DNA from: Podarcis melisellensis
Taxonomy: Eukaryota
DNA: 64,000 nt
Strand: one strand, 5' to 3'
NCBI GenBank assembly: GCA_964234715.1
Contig: OZ174275.1
How positions within the stretch are numbered: position 1 is the first letter of the stretch; each line of letters starts with the position of its first letter. Positions 11,346 to 24,230 of the stretch are shown here, in pieces. Made by a program: the position numbers and the translations under genes. Below the pieces are notes generated by a model. The model had not been told where the DNA came from. It worked only from the letters and a program-made list of their open reading frames with translations, and ran no database searches.

Positions 11346-13148
11346 AAGGTAGCTGAAGGCACCCTCTTCCCATAGGACAGCCAGATTATCTCAGGCTTGG
11401 TTTAATTTGAGGTGTGCAGCTGTGTCAATACTTCCCCGGCTCTCCCCTCTTGTGACTGAGGAACAAGCTAAGAAACTGGACAGAGTGGAATAGAGGCAAG
11501 GTCACACTGAAGACTCCTGATTGACCACAAAGCCAAGAAAAGGGAATTGGAGGCTGGACTTCTAGAATAAATAAATAATGTGGGCTCCAAAACTGTGTTT
11601 TTAAAGAAAAATATTATGCAGTAGTTTCCCTCAAGAAGAAGCCTTCTAAAAATACACAACTTCCTAAAGTCACATATCATTTTCCAAGGGTAAAAGTAAT
11701 AACTTGGTTGGTAATCATCACTTCATTATTATTAGAGCTGTTGACTGTGGTAACATATATGGAACAGTGTTAGGCGCATACACAATTAAAAAAACCCAAT
11801 ACCTATATATTTTTTTAAAAAGCTCACTGCAAATGGGTGTATGTCAAGGACAGAGAAACTGTACACATTATTATTAATAAAAAATTAAATTTCTGTAGCA
11901 ATTGATCAATCAATATTCCCTGGGTGACCTACAAACAAGAAAATATTAAAAACATGGTACTGATGTTTTAATGAGGTGATTTTTCCCAGAAGGTTATATT
12001 GACATGCTACTGCTGCTGTGTTATTTTATTGTTGTGCTACTTGGAGGTTTTGTCTTCAAATAAAAGGTAGTTTAGAAACCATACACCCTTATTTGTTTAT
12101 TTCATAAAATTTATGTTTATAGAAAGCAGGATCATAGTGTTAGAAGGGAGCAGTTGCTACCACTGCATTGCAACCTGTGGTGCTCACCCTTGTAGTCCTG
12201 AACCAGCCACCTGCAATGATGTCCTGCGACAACCTCAGAGCCTAGCGCTTAGTCGTCCTTTCAGCCCAGAGACTAAAAGACATGCCCAGGTGCGCTGCTT
12301 TGGGGCTTCCAAATTCTGCAGAGTCCAGATATTCAGGAAGCTTCAGACCACCTTGGCCTACCTGGGTCACAGGGACCAGCACTTGACCAGAGCAAGTTGT
12401 GCAACCTCCATAGCTAGTCTCTTGTGCTGAGTATAAGACTGCCCAAAAGGAAAAAGTCCCAGCTTAGTGGTATCATCCAGATGAGCCCTATCATTAGCAC
12501 TGTGTGTTCTGCAATTCTCACTAAGCATGGAATTTAGTATCAGCTTGCAGCTATAAAGGAGTGAGGTTGGGCTCAAAAAAGAATGCAGGAAGTAACTGGT
12601 GAAATCTGCAAAGGCAGAGAGGATGTTGGGTAATGTTTCCAATGGTCAGGAGGCGGGGCTTCAGGGCCATGCATGGCTCCTCCCCTACTAGAAACATATA
12701 TATACAGACTTACTTCCCATAATTCATTTTTTAAAAGGTCAAGTCCGTCTGAGCACAATTTGGCTCGCCTGGATACAGAAGTTTGGTACTGTGTTGCTGC
12801 TCTTTTAAAGTGATGAATATACAAAACTCTGCCTACCATGAGCAACACATCAAAGGCAGAGTCCTGTTTGGACTGTTCCACTTCAGGCTACAGGGGGCTG
12901 ATCAAATGGCAAGAGGGATAAAAAACACCCCACAGTCCTCCACATAGAAAACTAAAACACCAGAGGTAGTTATCCCTGACACCTGATTTTCTATACGCAG
13001 GGAATCCTTTACATGGAGGAACATTAAATCATGTACATCCCTCTCACTCCTGCAGTCTGAAGTGGTACAGTCCTGGCACAGGTCTGCCTCTTCAGTTGCA
13101 GTTTTGTGAAAGCGGGGCCAGGGAGACAGAACCAAGACTGCCTTGTAC

Positions 13149-13451
13149 CTTTTCTTCTCCTCTTCCTCCTCCTGCTTCCTCCTACGCTCCCTCTCTTCTT
13201 GCCATTGTCTTTCCTCTTCCTCCTTTCTAATCCGCTCTTCCTCTCGACGCCTCTGCTCCTCAGCTTCCCGTTTCCGCTGCTGTTCCTCCTCTAGCAGGTG
13301 CCGGTAGAGGCTGCGAGCCAGCTGCCCACGCCAGTACTTCTGCAGGACAATGGCAGAGGCCTTCAGGCGCAGGAGGGACTTCTTCCAGAAGTGAGCACGG
13401 TAGTTCTTTTGGATAGTCACGACACTGGCTAGCACCATTCGATACCTCTTC
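13149..13451 (-). CDS. MYO10L: Myosin-X-like exon 23 (IQ2, IQ3 and E/R/K-rich SAH)
   Basis: actcag|...AG|gtacaa, 303 nt; IQKNYRAH, LQKYWRGQLAR, then alternating E and R/K runs. Confidence 0.93.
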
Positions 13452-13966
13452 CTGAGTCAACAAAAGCAAGGTGGGGGTTACTGTCAATCAACGGCCATTG
13501 CTCACTAGGTTCTCCTCAGCATCTGCCTCAGAAACCATCTGACCCAGGGGTACCAAGATGCCAGATTCAATGAATCAGCACAACCACAGCCGCTTTCTCC
13601 AAAAAACATTTCCCCAGGAAGCCACTCCTTCCATGCTTTCCTTTCTCCTCCATCTGTCATCCACCTGGTTTCTGGAGAATGCTTTAAGCATCTCCCTCTT
13701 GGGGCCACTCATTTCCTGTTTCTACACCAGCTCTGTCTTTGCTAAGCACTTTGAGTGGTGTAATAGCAAGGAACCTCCCAACCCAAGGCAAAATGGCAGA
13801 CTCCCCCATCCCTCCAAACAATAAAGGGATGGTTCATGTTATGACCTCCTGCCAGCATATCAGTCTTTTTTCCAGATGATCCCACATAGACATGCACTGC
13901 TCTCCTAAAACAGAGGAATGGGTAGTTTTTACACCCACCCACCCCACATATGAAAGCTAAGGTCCC

Positions 13967-13971
<5 letters not shown>

Positions 13972-14010
<39 letters not shown>
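13972..14010. repeat. (GA)n microsatellite
   Basis: Seen directly. Confidence 0.95.
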
Positions 14011-14012
<2 letters not shown>

Positions 14013-16483
14013 TGTGTTGGGGAATGCCTTTTATTTAGTAATGAGACTATGCACTCTGTACATGTTCAGAATCTTCCTTCTCTGTAGTTAATCTGCAGGC
14101 GTAGAAAAAACTCAAATTCTAAGTCCTAACATTCCTGGCCTGAATTGAGGGTCTGGTTCTTTTATTAGTGCAATTAAGGCCAGTCCACTTGAATCCAATA
14201 TGGATTATATGCTTTTCTTTTTCTTTTTGAGGACCAATATGAAGAACTAGTAGATTATTTCTGTGGAATAGAAGCATTATCTAGGAAATATACTTACAAG
14301 AGTCAGGCAGTTGCTATGTTTGACACTCCATGTGGCACTATGAGGTGTCTCCTGCTAAAGAACAGGGAATGTGTGTGCTCTGCAAGCCTGTGGCTACATT
14401 GCACAAGAATTGAAATGGATATTGACACTGAGTTCAGCACCCTGAGAATCAAAGCTTAAGTTAAAACTTATTTTTTTAAATACCCAAACAAGTTTCTCAC
14501 ATGCTTAAAGCTGATAAGATCCATAATCTGTGTGCAAACCCTGGTGAAACCTCAAGGTCTAACAAGAACACACCAGGAGACTCATCCAGAATCTGTGGGG
14601 AATGGAAGGGGACAATTGCATGCAAAGGAATGTAAAGTGGAAGGAGCCTCCCTGCTCATGCTGTTCCCCAGTATTCCACCCACCCACCCCTGTCCTTTTC
14701 TCCCACCTGAGCTCTGATACAGAAGCCCTGCCAGGAGAAAAGTGGTCGAGAGGCATTTTCAGCAGGGAAAGCATGTTCATCACCCCTTCCAGCGCACTGC
14801 GTGTTTGCTTCAAAACTGTACTGCTGGTTCTGTAGAACCAATCGTCTAGCACACAGTTTGTGCTGCCATCATATCCTCTTAGGCTTCAGAAGCCGGCATA
14901 GTGACAGAACAAGGTTTCCAGTGGTTAGGGGGCGTTAGGAATCCAGTAAGATTCCTATGGCCTAAGACAGGAGATCCAAATAGCACCCACTCCCCAATGG
15001 CAAGCTAAATTATAATAATTATAATAAACAAAACAACTGCCAATTTGCTGCATGCCAATGACGCACCTTGCCTGATGGTAGGGCTAGTCCTGTTCCAGTG
15101 TCCTGCATGGCTTTTGCTCTTTTATAAAACTAACAGAAGCAGAATAGGTTGTGCAAAATAAAACAATCTGTACGCAAAGGTTCTTAGTTTGCAGAATTCC
15201 AGAGGGTTATTTTGGTGCAGAATTCTGGTGATAGCAGCACTGGCAGTGGCAACAATGCCATTAGCAACAATATCCCATGAGCCTGGCTCATGATTATACC
15301 CTCCAAATGCAGATGGTTTTCACAGCCTGGGAAATCCATGTTTGCAGCTGGAGCCCAGCCAAGTCTTGCTGTAGACAGCAGATGCAGCTTTGACTTCCTT
15401 GCCTGAACAACAGGAGCCTGCCTCCCCCTTGGATAGTATGGGGGGGGGGACTAGACAGATTGCCGTTATTCTGTTCACCAATCAACATTCTAGTTTGGTA
15501 GGCCCAAATTTAAACTACAGCATTTTTTTCTAAACTACTTTGCATTTTTTTTATTTTAAGGAAAGGTAGATGCCCGCTTTATTTGCATATTTTACTATGT
15601 AAGTTTGCATAGACAGTATTTCCTATGCAATATTTAGTCTTATTCAGATAGTTACAGGAAAGAGAAAAAAGCACATGGAACCCCTCCCCCCCACCTCCTA
15701 GCAGTTCAGCTCAGCTCCCATCCTCCACTTTCCCTAGCCAATGGCGTTTGAGATGTCACCAGGGGCTGCTCACACATTTTCAGGCCTCTTTGCAACCTTA
15801 AAGGCTAGAATTTTTTTTAAAAAATGAAGCTGAATTGCCAGGGTGCTGAGTTCCTTGTCTAGTAGCAACCCCTGCACTGCTAATGGCACGATCCTGGAAT
15901 ACAGGCAGCCCATGCAATAATTCCTCAAAGCAACACCAGTGTCCTTGCAGAGCACAGGTGACCCTCCGAATGGGCACACATAGCAATTTGCCAGAACAAG
16001 ACAACAACAATTAACAGCAAGATGAAAGGCAGAGACAGATAGATGGTGGGGATGCAGAGCCAGCCAGCTTACAGCTACCCCCACCCTCTTCCCTGCACCC
16101 AGAAGAGCCCACCAGGGAAGCAGAATCTGGAGAGAGGGGCTATAAGTGAGGGAGACTGGCCTGGGTCTGGCAAATAAAGACAGAGATTGGGCTGAGGGTC
16201 TTCAGTGCAGAGCAAAAGAGGGAGAGCTGGGGAGTTTCTCTGCAGGGCAGCTTCATAGGAGGATTACAGATGCAACAGGAAAGAGGCAGGGGACAGAGAC
16301 CCAGGCAAGTAAGCAACTTCGCAGTCAGTGGCCTGCATTGGGAATGCATGGGGATTTCAAGAGGGAGCAGAGAAGGGGGAAAGCAGTGGAAGCCCAGCCA
16401 GAAGCAGCAAGCTGGAAAGGAGAGAGACCTGGCAGCAAGGAGCATTCCAGCAGCTGGGCAAAGAAGGCGATTCAAGCACTGAC

Positions 16484-16590
16484 CTTGCCATGTAGCCCAG
16501 GACGTGGGCTCGGATGATGGTTGCCGCCTCCCTCAGCTCCTCTTCCCGGGCCTTCTCCAGTTTTTGCTCCAGAGCCTCCTTCAGGAAAAC
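16484..16590 (-). CDS. MYO10L: Myosin-X-like exon 22 (VFLKEALEQKLEKAREEELREAATIIRAHVLGYMAR; IQ1)
   Basis: taccag|...AG|gtcagt, 107 nt. Confidence 0.95.
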
Positions 16591-16666
16591 CTGGTACCCC
16601 GGGGAGGAGTTTCATCAAACACAAAGAGAGGAAACAGCAAGTCCCAGGCAGCACCAGCAGGTCCCA

Positions 16667-16668
16667 TG

Positions 16669-16716
<48 letters not shown>

Positions 16717-16718
16717 CC
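16667..16718. repeat. (GCCT)n microsatellite
   Basis: About 13 units seen directly. Confidence 0.95.
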
Positions 16719-19202
16719 GTAACAAGGCACACAGGGCTCCTTTTATGCTCCTGCGCCAGAGCCAGTCCCTGCTCTGCCAGCCCTTCCCCTTTGGGTGCTG
16801 TCGCTGATGGACAAGGGAGAAAGTTGTGCAGGGAGAGGAGCCAAACTCAGCCCAGCCCCCGCACTCTCTCTCTCTCTCTTCCACACTGCAGGCTCAAGGA
16901 TTAAGGGGGAGAGAAAAAGGGGGGAGGAGGCTGCACTGCTTTTAACTATTAACCCTTTCTTTGGCTCAGTGACATCTTTTAAGGCTCTCTGGGCCTGCTA
17001 ATGAGGCTCTGGGTATGTGTGTCAACATTCCAGGCACTGCATGCAAAATGCAGAAGAAAAACTGGCCAAACTATGACAAGATACCCATTCCAAGAAAAGA
17101 AGCGGGGGGGGGGGGGAGGGAGAGGAAGAATCTTTCCAAATATCATTTCCTGCACTGCAGATAATCCACACATATTTTCCCCCTGGCTGCTTCTTTGCAT
17201 CACTGCCTCAGTGCCAGCCTGTCTCCAAGCTGTCTTGCTGGCTGGAAGATTCCTTCTCACTTTCATTGCCTTCTCTGCAATCAAACCTTCCCAAGAGGTG
17301 TGGCTCACCCTGAATGCACACAAGAACAAGTGGTCATTCTGCTTTTGCTGTTTTATTAAAAGACACACCTGGGTGCTATTCCTGAAACCAGGAGGCATGA
17401 AGCCTGCTTTCAGAACAGGCTACACTTGTGGCTCTGGTGGGCCAGGGAAACTGCATCAATCCCATTAGATATTTCAGCGGCCCCATGATGAGGTCTTGGA
17501 ATTCCAACAGTGGGGTCTGGAAAACGTCCATGGGCTTGGTCTGTTACTCATTCCTGTCTGGGAGGTTCCAGAAGGATGGAAGGTCAGGCCTGGTCCACCC
17601 GTGTGGCTGTCGGTGGACCAAAATCATTGGTACTCCAATAAAGTGACACACAATCCAAAAGGTGACTCCGAGGATGCATTGGAATGCTGCAAAGACTCTG
17701 GGGCACAATCCCTGGATTATGTGGCACAGATATTTGGGATAGCAAATGCCTTTGGTATTTTGAATGCAGCATTCTTCTGGAGAATTCGAGTGGTTGAAGA
17801 TTGCATTAACATCCCCAAGAAAATCTGTTTTCATCACCTGCATTCATGGCTAGCCTCCCACATTTGCCTGAGGTGAAGGCAATGCAACCAAAGGCTTAGG
17901 CTGCCAATGCATTAAAGTCTCCTTTCTGCACTGAGGTTCTAAAGCAGGAGTACAAAAAGCTCTTGATCACATGAATATTTGCAGAGAAAGCTATATGGAG
18001 GGCAAGGGTATCATCAGCATGTGGGTGCTGTGTGGCTTAGGGGATGTGAATGAGCAGCCCGCAAGGGGGGGGGGCAGGGGAGACCATTTGGACGCAACCT
18101 GTGCAGACATGCACACTTCTAAAGCCCCAAGTGTTGGACACATGGCCTTGCTCAAAATTGGTAGAGCAGCATTTGCAGAAATCAAATAGAAATCACAGAT
18201 GCCTTTCAGAACTCCCTAGCTTGAGGCAGGAAGCTGGAGCCTTGCGGAAACTGGTGTGAAGGGCAAAGCTGGCAAGGAAAAAGTATAGCACAGTGCCTCT
18301 CTGCCTAGTTGTTCCCTGCCCAAACTTGTGCTACTAGAATCCAAACAAAGTCCAGACTGCCACAGTGGACAATCAGCAGCTGCTCCCCTCTGTCCCTAAT
18401 GAGAAACACAAAGACCATCCTGCTTTCCCCTTCCTTTCCTGTGCTCTACAATTCCTTATACTAGCCCTTTTCCTTCCTCCACCAAACAATTGCTCAGTAT
18501 AGAAATCCCCCCCCCCTTGAAATATACTGCACAGGAAGCACTTCCCACTCCTTCCCCCATCCTGCCCAGCACATGTGCAAGCCCACGCAGGGACTCCTGC
18601 CCAGCCTCGTCTGCCCAGGTTGCTCATAAAGCCCTCAGCAGCACCCTGGAGGAGCAGAACAGGCCAAAGAGGCTCACTGGGCAGGGACATGTCGCTAACC
18701 CTCAACCTCGGCCTCACCTCCAGAGACAAAGAGGGGCCCTATGCTTCAACGCAGAGGCAGGGCCTCTTGACAGGCACAAAGGGACTGGGCTCACAAGGCA
18801 AACTCATGACTCTTTTAAGACCTATTTGTTTTCTAGGCAGCAAAGGAAAAGGAGAGCTGTGGCTGTGCGGTGGGGCGCATGCTTTGCATGCAAGAAGGTT
18901 CCAGATCCAGTCCCTGGCATCTCCAGACAGGGCTGGAAAACACTGGAGAAGTCACTGTAGGTCAGCGTGAACAGTACAAAGCTAGGTGGACCAAGGTGCT
19001 TGACTCAACAGAAACACAACTTCCCACGCTCCTAATTGCCAGCAATAGCTACAGATGCTGCACCACTATAGAGCAAGAGTTTTAAGTGATCAGAACTGGA
19101 AAGTCTGCTCTGCCTAGGGCTAGGATTGCCAACATTTTTGCTCACTCTGCTCCTGTGCTTGTAACAGCAGACTGAGACACTACTTAGCCAGGAAAAGCTG
19201 AC

Positions 19203-19353
19203 TTTCAGAAGACATCTAAAGGCAGCCCTTTTTAGGGAAGTTTTTAATGTTTGATGTTTTATCGTGTTTTTAATATTCCATTGGAAGCCACCAAGAGTGG
19301 CTGGGGAAACCCAGCCAGATGGGCAGGGTATAAATAAATTATTATTATTATTA

Positions 19354-19407
<54 letters not shown>
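19203..19407 (+). mobile_element. L2-type LINE 3' end with (TTA)n tail
   Basis: ggctggggaaacccagccagatgggcagggtataaataaa followed by about 23 TTA units. Confidence 0.7.
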
Positions 19408-19411
<4 letters not shown>

Positions 19412-22400
19412 CCAGCTTAATTTGTGGGTGAGGCCACTGTTAAAAGAACAGAGGCAAGGCCACTGAAATAAGGCAGCTCTATCCTTGGTGCAAGAATATC
19501 ATATTACGGCATTCTAGGTGAAGGCTAGAAAATTTATCATTCTTTAACACCTTTGTGGTGCTCCTACAAAAGTATAGATTCCTCCTACCACTTCAACATT
19601 TATTTTTTTAAAGGTATGTACCTAAAAATGAAAGAATGATGGAAACATGCATTTGGACACATGTATACATGCACACTTCTTAGGGAGCCAGAATAGTCTG
19701 CAGCAACATGTTGTCTTTACACTTGGTGACAAATCTTAGCTCACTGTCGTGCAATGTGTGGAATGGTTCTAATAACTTTTTTGTATGACTCCGAATCTTG
19801 CATTGCCTTGCCTTGACTGGGAACTTGCCATTATGGCTAGTAGCCCTCTCCTCCATGAACTGTACCTCTTCACTAAACCCCCAACTTTAGCTTCTGCAAG
19901 CTGATATGCAATGAAACCCCCAATAGAGAACCCTGTGCAAATGTTGCTCCTGCCCTTCCACAGAATGCGCCCACTGCTCAAACCCGGCAACTGACTTCTC
20001 CATCTGCAATGCAGAGGACATTACCAGAGAGTCGTTATTGTAATCCTTCCATATAAACAGGGCTCCATCCTCTGCCTCAGCTTTAATCCAGGCTGGGTCT
20101 CCACATTGGAGCAGACCCTAGGGTTTCCTTGGCCATTATAGCAGCATTTTAACAATGCACCATCCGTCACACCCAGTGATGCTGGCTAACAATGTATTAA
20201 GCTTTGGCCAGTTTCTAGAGGGCTTTTGAACATTTGACAAAGCACCGCTGACACTGAACATACTGATCTCTGTAAATGCCAGGCATCCCCCTATTGCTAC
20301 CCAAATGGCCCCAAACTACTACATTAATAACCAAGGTAAAAAACCCACCATTTTATTTGGATGCAGAAAACCAATTTTGTAGCTTAAATTTGACCCACCT
20401 CCTACTTCCAACGGTTTCTCTCCTTCCTTGTCATTTCCACCTTGTGGCTCACAGTAATTTTTAAAAGTGGTCTGTGTGCCCCAACAATTTTCATCTGCTT
20501 TGCCACTTATCAGGGATGTAACTCTCTTTCCTTGCTCCTCCAATGTCTTTCATAAAGTTGGCCATCCTCCCTATCTCCTGCCACTGAAATCAATCCCATC
20601 TGGATAGGCGTCAGAGCCTCTTCAACCCACCCTGTTGCCCCTCTTCCTTGCTCATCCTGAGAAGCGAAGACTTCAAAGAGCTCGGCCCTGCCCCAAGTGG
20701 CCCTGCTTCCCTGCAAAGGGCAGCCAGGCAGCCGGTCCCTTCTCAGATGGACCAGCAACTCTGAGAGTGAGCCAGAGAGGGAAAGTTCTATTGTTCTTGG
20801 TGGGGTCAAAGGTCAGTTGTCTGCCGCACCAGTCACTTGGAGCCTGTTCTCTTTAATGGCTCCAAGGTTGATTTATTAACTCCAAGTGCTTGGTATGCAG
20901 AGAGACAGCAGTTTCCTTTCTCCTCTCTTGCTAGTGGCAAGCCGCCTTTGGTCTCCCTTGCTCGAGGACTGATGCCTGAGCTTTCCTCCCTCCCCAGTTC
21001 CGTTTAAGGCAGCACAAGCTGCAGAACATTAATATAATACATAGACTGTACATCGTGTCACTGGGAAATGAAAGATAAGCTGCAGAAAAGAATCACACAG
21101 CAGCCTAAAACGTCCTGGCTGGGCCCAGTTACTTCACCCTGAATTTGGCATGCTCTAAATGCAGCTGGCAATTGCGACTGGTTGCCCTTGCCTAATCAGT
21201 AAGAGTCTATGGCTCCCCCTATCCCCCCCACATGCCTTTTAAGGAAGGCACATTTGTGACCTGCCGGACTACTTCTTGAATTGCTGTCCCAAGCAACTGT
21301 GCTCCCTAGCGGCCTTATTAACTCAGAACATCTAATTTATTCCTAACAAAGACACAAAGCAAATCTGGTGCAGACCCCTTGGGTGAAGAAGAGACAGCAA
21401 TGCTGGTGGCTACACCTTAATGGCAGGGTGCTCTCTCACTGTATTGCTTTAGATGCTTGCTGGAAACTTTTTTTATTTCAGGAAGCCTACCCAGATATGT
21501 AACCTAGTCACCTGTATATCTGTTTTAAAAACATTGGTTTTATCTTAAATTTCTAATTATTATGGTTTTACATACTTTTTTATATGTATATGTATTTGTT
21601 TTTACATATTTTTGTTTTTGTGGATTTCTGCTGCGTTTAACCTTCAATTTTATTTGTACATCACTTGAGTAGTTTTTGGTTTTCTTGATTAAAAGGTCTA
21701 TATATTTTCTAAATAAAATAAATTTAATAGGTCCCTTCTCCAAATCTACATAGACAGTGTTCTTGTTCTCCTGCATTATAGAAGCAGAAAAGCATACAGA
21801 GAAGCACCACTACTGTGAATTTGCAAAGAGCATGTATTTGTTTCCATTCAGTCCCAATTTACTATGGCAGATGGCAACAAACATGGGAATTCACCAAGCA
21901 CCACTCATTTGCTTTAAAGCCTATCTGTCCAGCCTTAAGAGTTAAAACTTCCTTTGAAATAAATAAGTAACAGATTTGAATTTTTGGACTAGATTCTAAA
22001 CATGACACGTCCAATGCCAAATTTCATGTTTGCTCAGTTTGCAGAATTACAATCACCCCAAATGTAGCACCCAAATTTCTTATCAGTGAAACAGATTTTA
22101 CCCATTTGATATGCACTATAGTGATGTTAATATCCATTATCTTCTACACATTGCTATAGATACATACAGGCATGCTCATTGTCAAAGTTCCTTGTTGGCT
22201 GCGTGCCTAGCAATGAAATTACATCAGGCCTGTAATTACAGTCTGTTGATTTGGACATTTGGAAAGGGGCCGGGGTGGAGGAATCGTGGGTCCTTTTTCT
22301 TTTAAGAACAAAACAAAAACAAACCCCCAAGCTGCTTCTGTTTCATTCAGCTGGGTTTGCATAAGCACATATTTGCAAGCTAGTTATGCATCTGAAGCTA

Positions 22401-23334
22401 CCCTGCGCCCATCTGTACCCCAGATGACTGCAACACTAATATCTGCCTTGTTGCTTAAGAAACGCTGGCATGAGACCAGCACACACAAGGAGCCGCTTTG
22501 TAGCGAACCAGATCCTAGAAACATCCACTCCAGCTCTGTGCTGTGGCACCAGTTCCTCAAGGTCTCAAGGAAGGGTCTTTCCCCAATTTCTTTATCTGTA
22601 GATTCTTTTAACTGCAGATGCCATATATTAAACTGGGCATTCAGATCCCTTCCAATTCTGTGGAGCTGGGACCTTTTAAATGCAAAGCATGCAAGCTTCC
22701 ACTGAGATTTTATAGCGTAGCCCTCACTGGGGATTCAATCATTCCCAACGGCACACAGCATGCACCCCAAACTCTTCTTCCAATCTTGGGAGAACAAATC
22801 AGCATGGACCTTTGGGGGGTGGAGTGTTTGATGCACACCTGACCCCACTCAGTTCAACTGTGTCTACATCTAACCCGTGAGTCCCTTCCTCATTTGCACT
22901 GCAGGATGGGGTGGGAGGAGAGGGCTGCAGAGATAGTAGGAAGATACAGTATGCAAGAATAAAGGAGCGGCGTATCAACACAGATTCCCTCCTCCCCCCA
23001 AAAAAACCAGGTAACATTTTCACAGCATCTTCTTAGACATTTTCTTGGGTTCTCTTTTCAGTGTCAAAATGCCTAAGCAGCGACACAGGAACCTCCTGAG
23101 AAGACAAGGCCTGTGGCTTAGCAATGAGGGGTGTACTATACTTCTGAATGGAGTTGCTGGGAGTAGGATGGGGTGGGTGTGTTTCAGTAAGTCTAGTCAT
23201 AGGGCAGCAGAGGTCAATGATCTATGCAGACGTGGGCATAGAAACCACATCAATCTTGTACCTAGGCTACCTCTGGAAAGATTCCTTAGCACAGAGCGTT
23301 GCTCCACATGCTCTTTTGCACACAAAGGGCATAC

Positions 23335-23449
23335 CTTGGTTTTCCCCAGCTTCCATTCTCTCTGGGTGCTGTCATATGTCTGCAGAAAGGAGGCACAAGT
23401 GGCTTTTGCACCGTCAGGATTGCCCCAGTTCTTCAAGAGCATCTTGTAC
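23335..23449 (-). CDS. MYO10L: Myosin-X-like exon 21 (YKMLLKNWGNP...EWKLGKTK; converter)
   Basis: tctcag|...AAG|gtatgc, 115 nt. Confidence 0.95.
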
Positions 23450-24105
23450 CTGAGAGAACCAAATGAATGCTCTTGACCAGGAGTTAAGGTACAAAGCAAT
23501 TTCTTTCCCTCAGCAAAGCTTCCTGCCCCTGTGAGGGGCTATTCCACTCTCTCCTTTTGCTTCTGAGTGCTGACAGGTTATAAGCTCTTAACAGCTGGTA
23601 ACTGGCTGCCCTTCACTGTCTTTTCCAGTCAGTCTGAAAGCACAAGCAACTGGCATCCAACTACAGAAGTGCAATAACTCTAAAGAGTAATCAAATGCCC
23701 CAAGCATTAAAACTTAGAAAATGTAGTTTAACCCAGGTCCTGAACTGCAGCTTAACAAGTGAAATATACTTCGCTTGGGAAATGTTTATTTTTTGTCCTT
23801 TCCCTTCCAACCAGCCATCTCAAATGGTTATGGACGTGCAAGTCTCTTTGTTCAGACAACAAAAATGAAAGCAGTAGCCTGCAATCATTGTCAAATTTTA
23901 TAGGAGACAAAGAGACAACCTGCCCAGACTCACCTTGCGCTTTTGGCTCAAAAGCAGGTCTTCTAGCTTTCCTCTTATCCACAAGCAAAACATCCACATT
24001 GAGTCATTTATTTCACTCACACACACCCCTCCACAAAATCCCAAAGCATTGAAGGCCACATTTGACAGCAAAATTCCACCCTCTTGCTTGCACTGCCACT
24101 TTTAC

Positions 24106-24230
24106 CTGAGGAGGAAATCTTGAAAGATCCACCGTACAGGAAAGCCAGCTCTTCGGACCTTCACTGTCTCCAGCATGCCTGAGTATCGCAGTTGTTTCAG
24201 TACCACCTCTGGATTGAAGAGATTTGGAGA
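24106..24230 (-). CDS. MYO10L: Myosin-X-like exon 20 ([42 protein letters not shown])
   Basis: gcatag|...AG|gtaaaa, 125 nt. Confidence 0.95.

Noticed and set aside
12902-13148. Open frame continuing past the exon 23 donor
   Set aside because: Composition changes abruptly at AG|gtacaa, and a phase-compatible exon 24 exists. Treated as intron read-through.
19032-19412. Poly-Ile/Asn ORF, plus the RQAG/PACL, RE and VC repeat ORFs elsewhere
   Set aside because: These are translations of microsatellites.
24125-24136. Trp in GFPVRWIF where MYO10 has Arg
   Set aside because: The invariant Arg just before it is kept, and this position is variable among myosins (class V has RW), so it is not evidence of inactivation.
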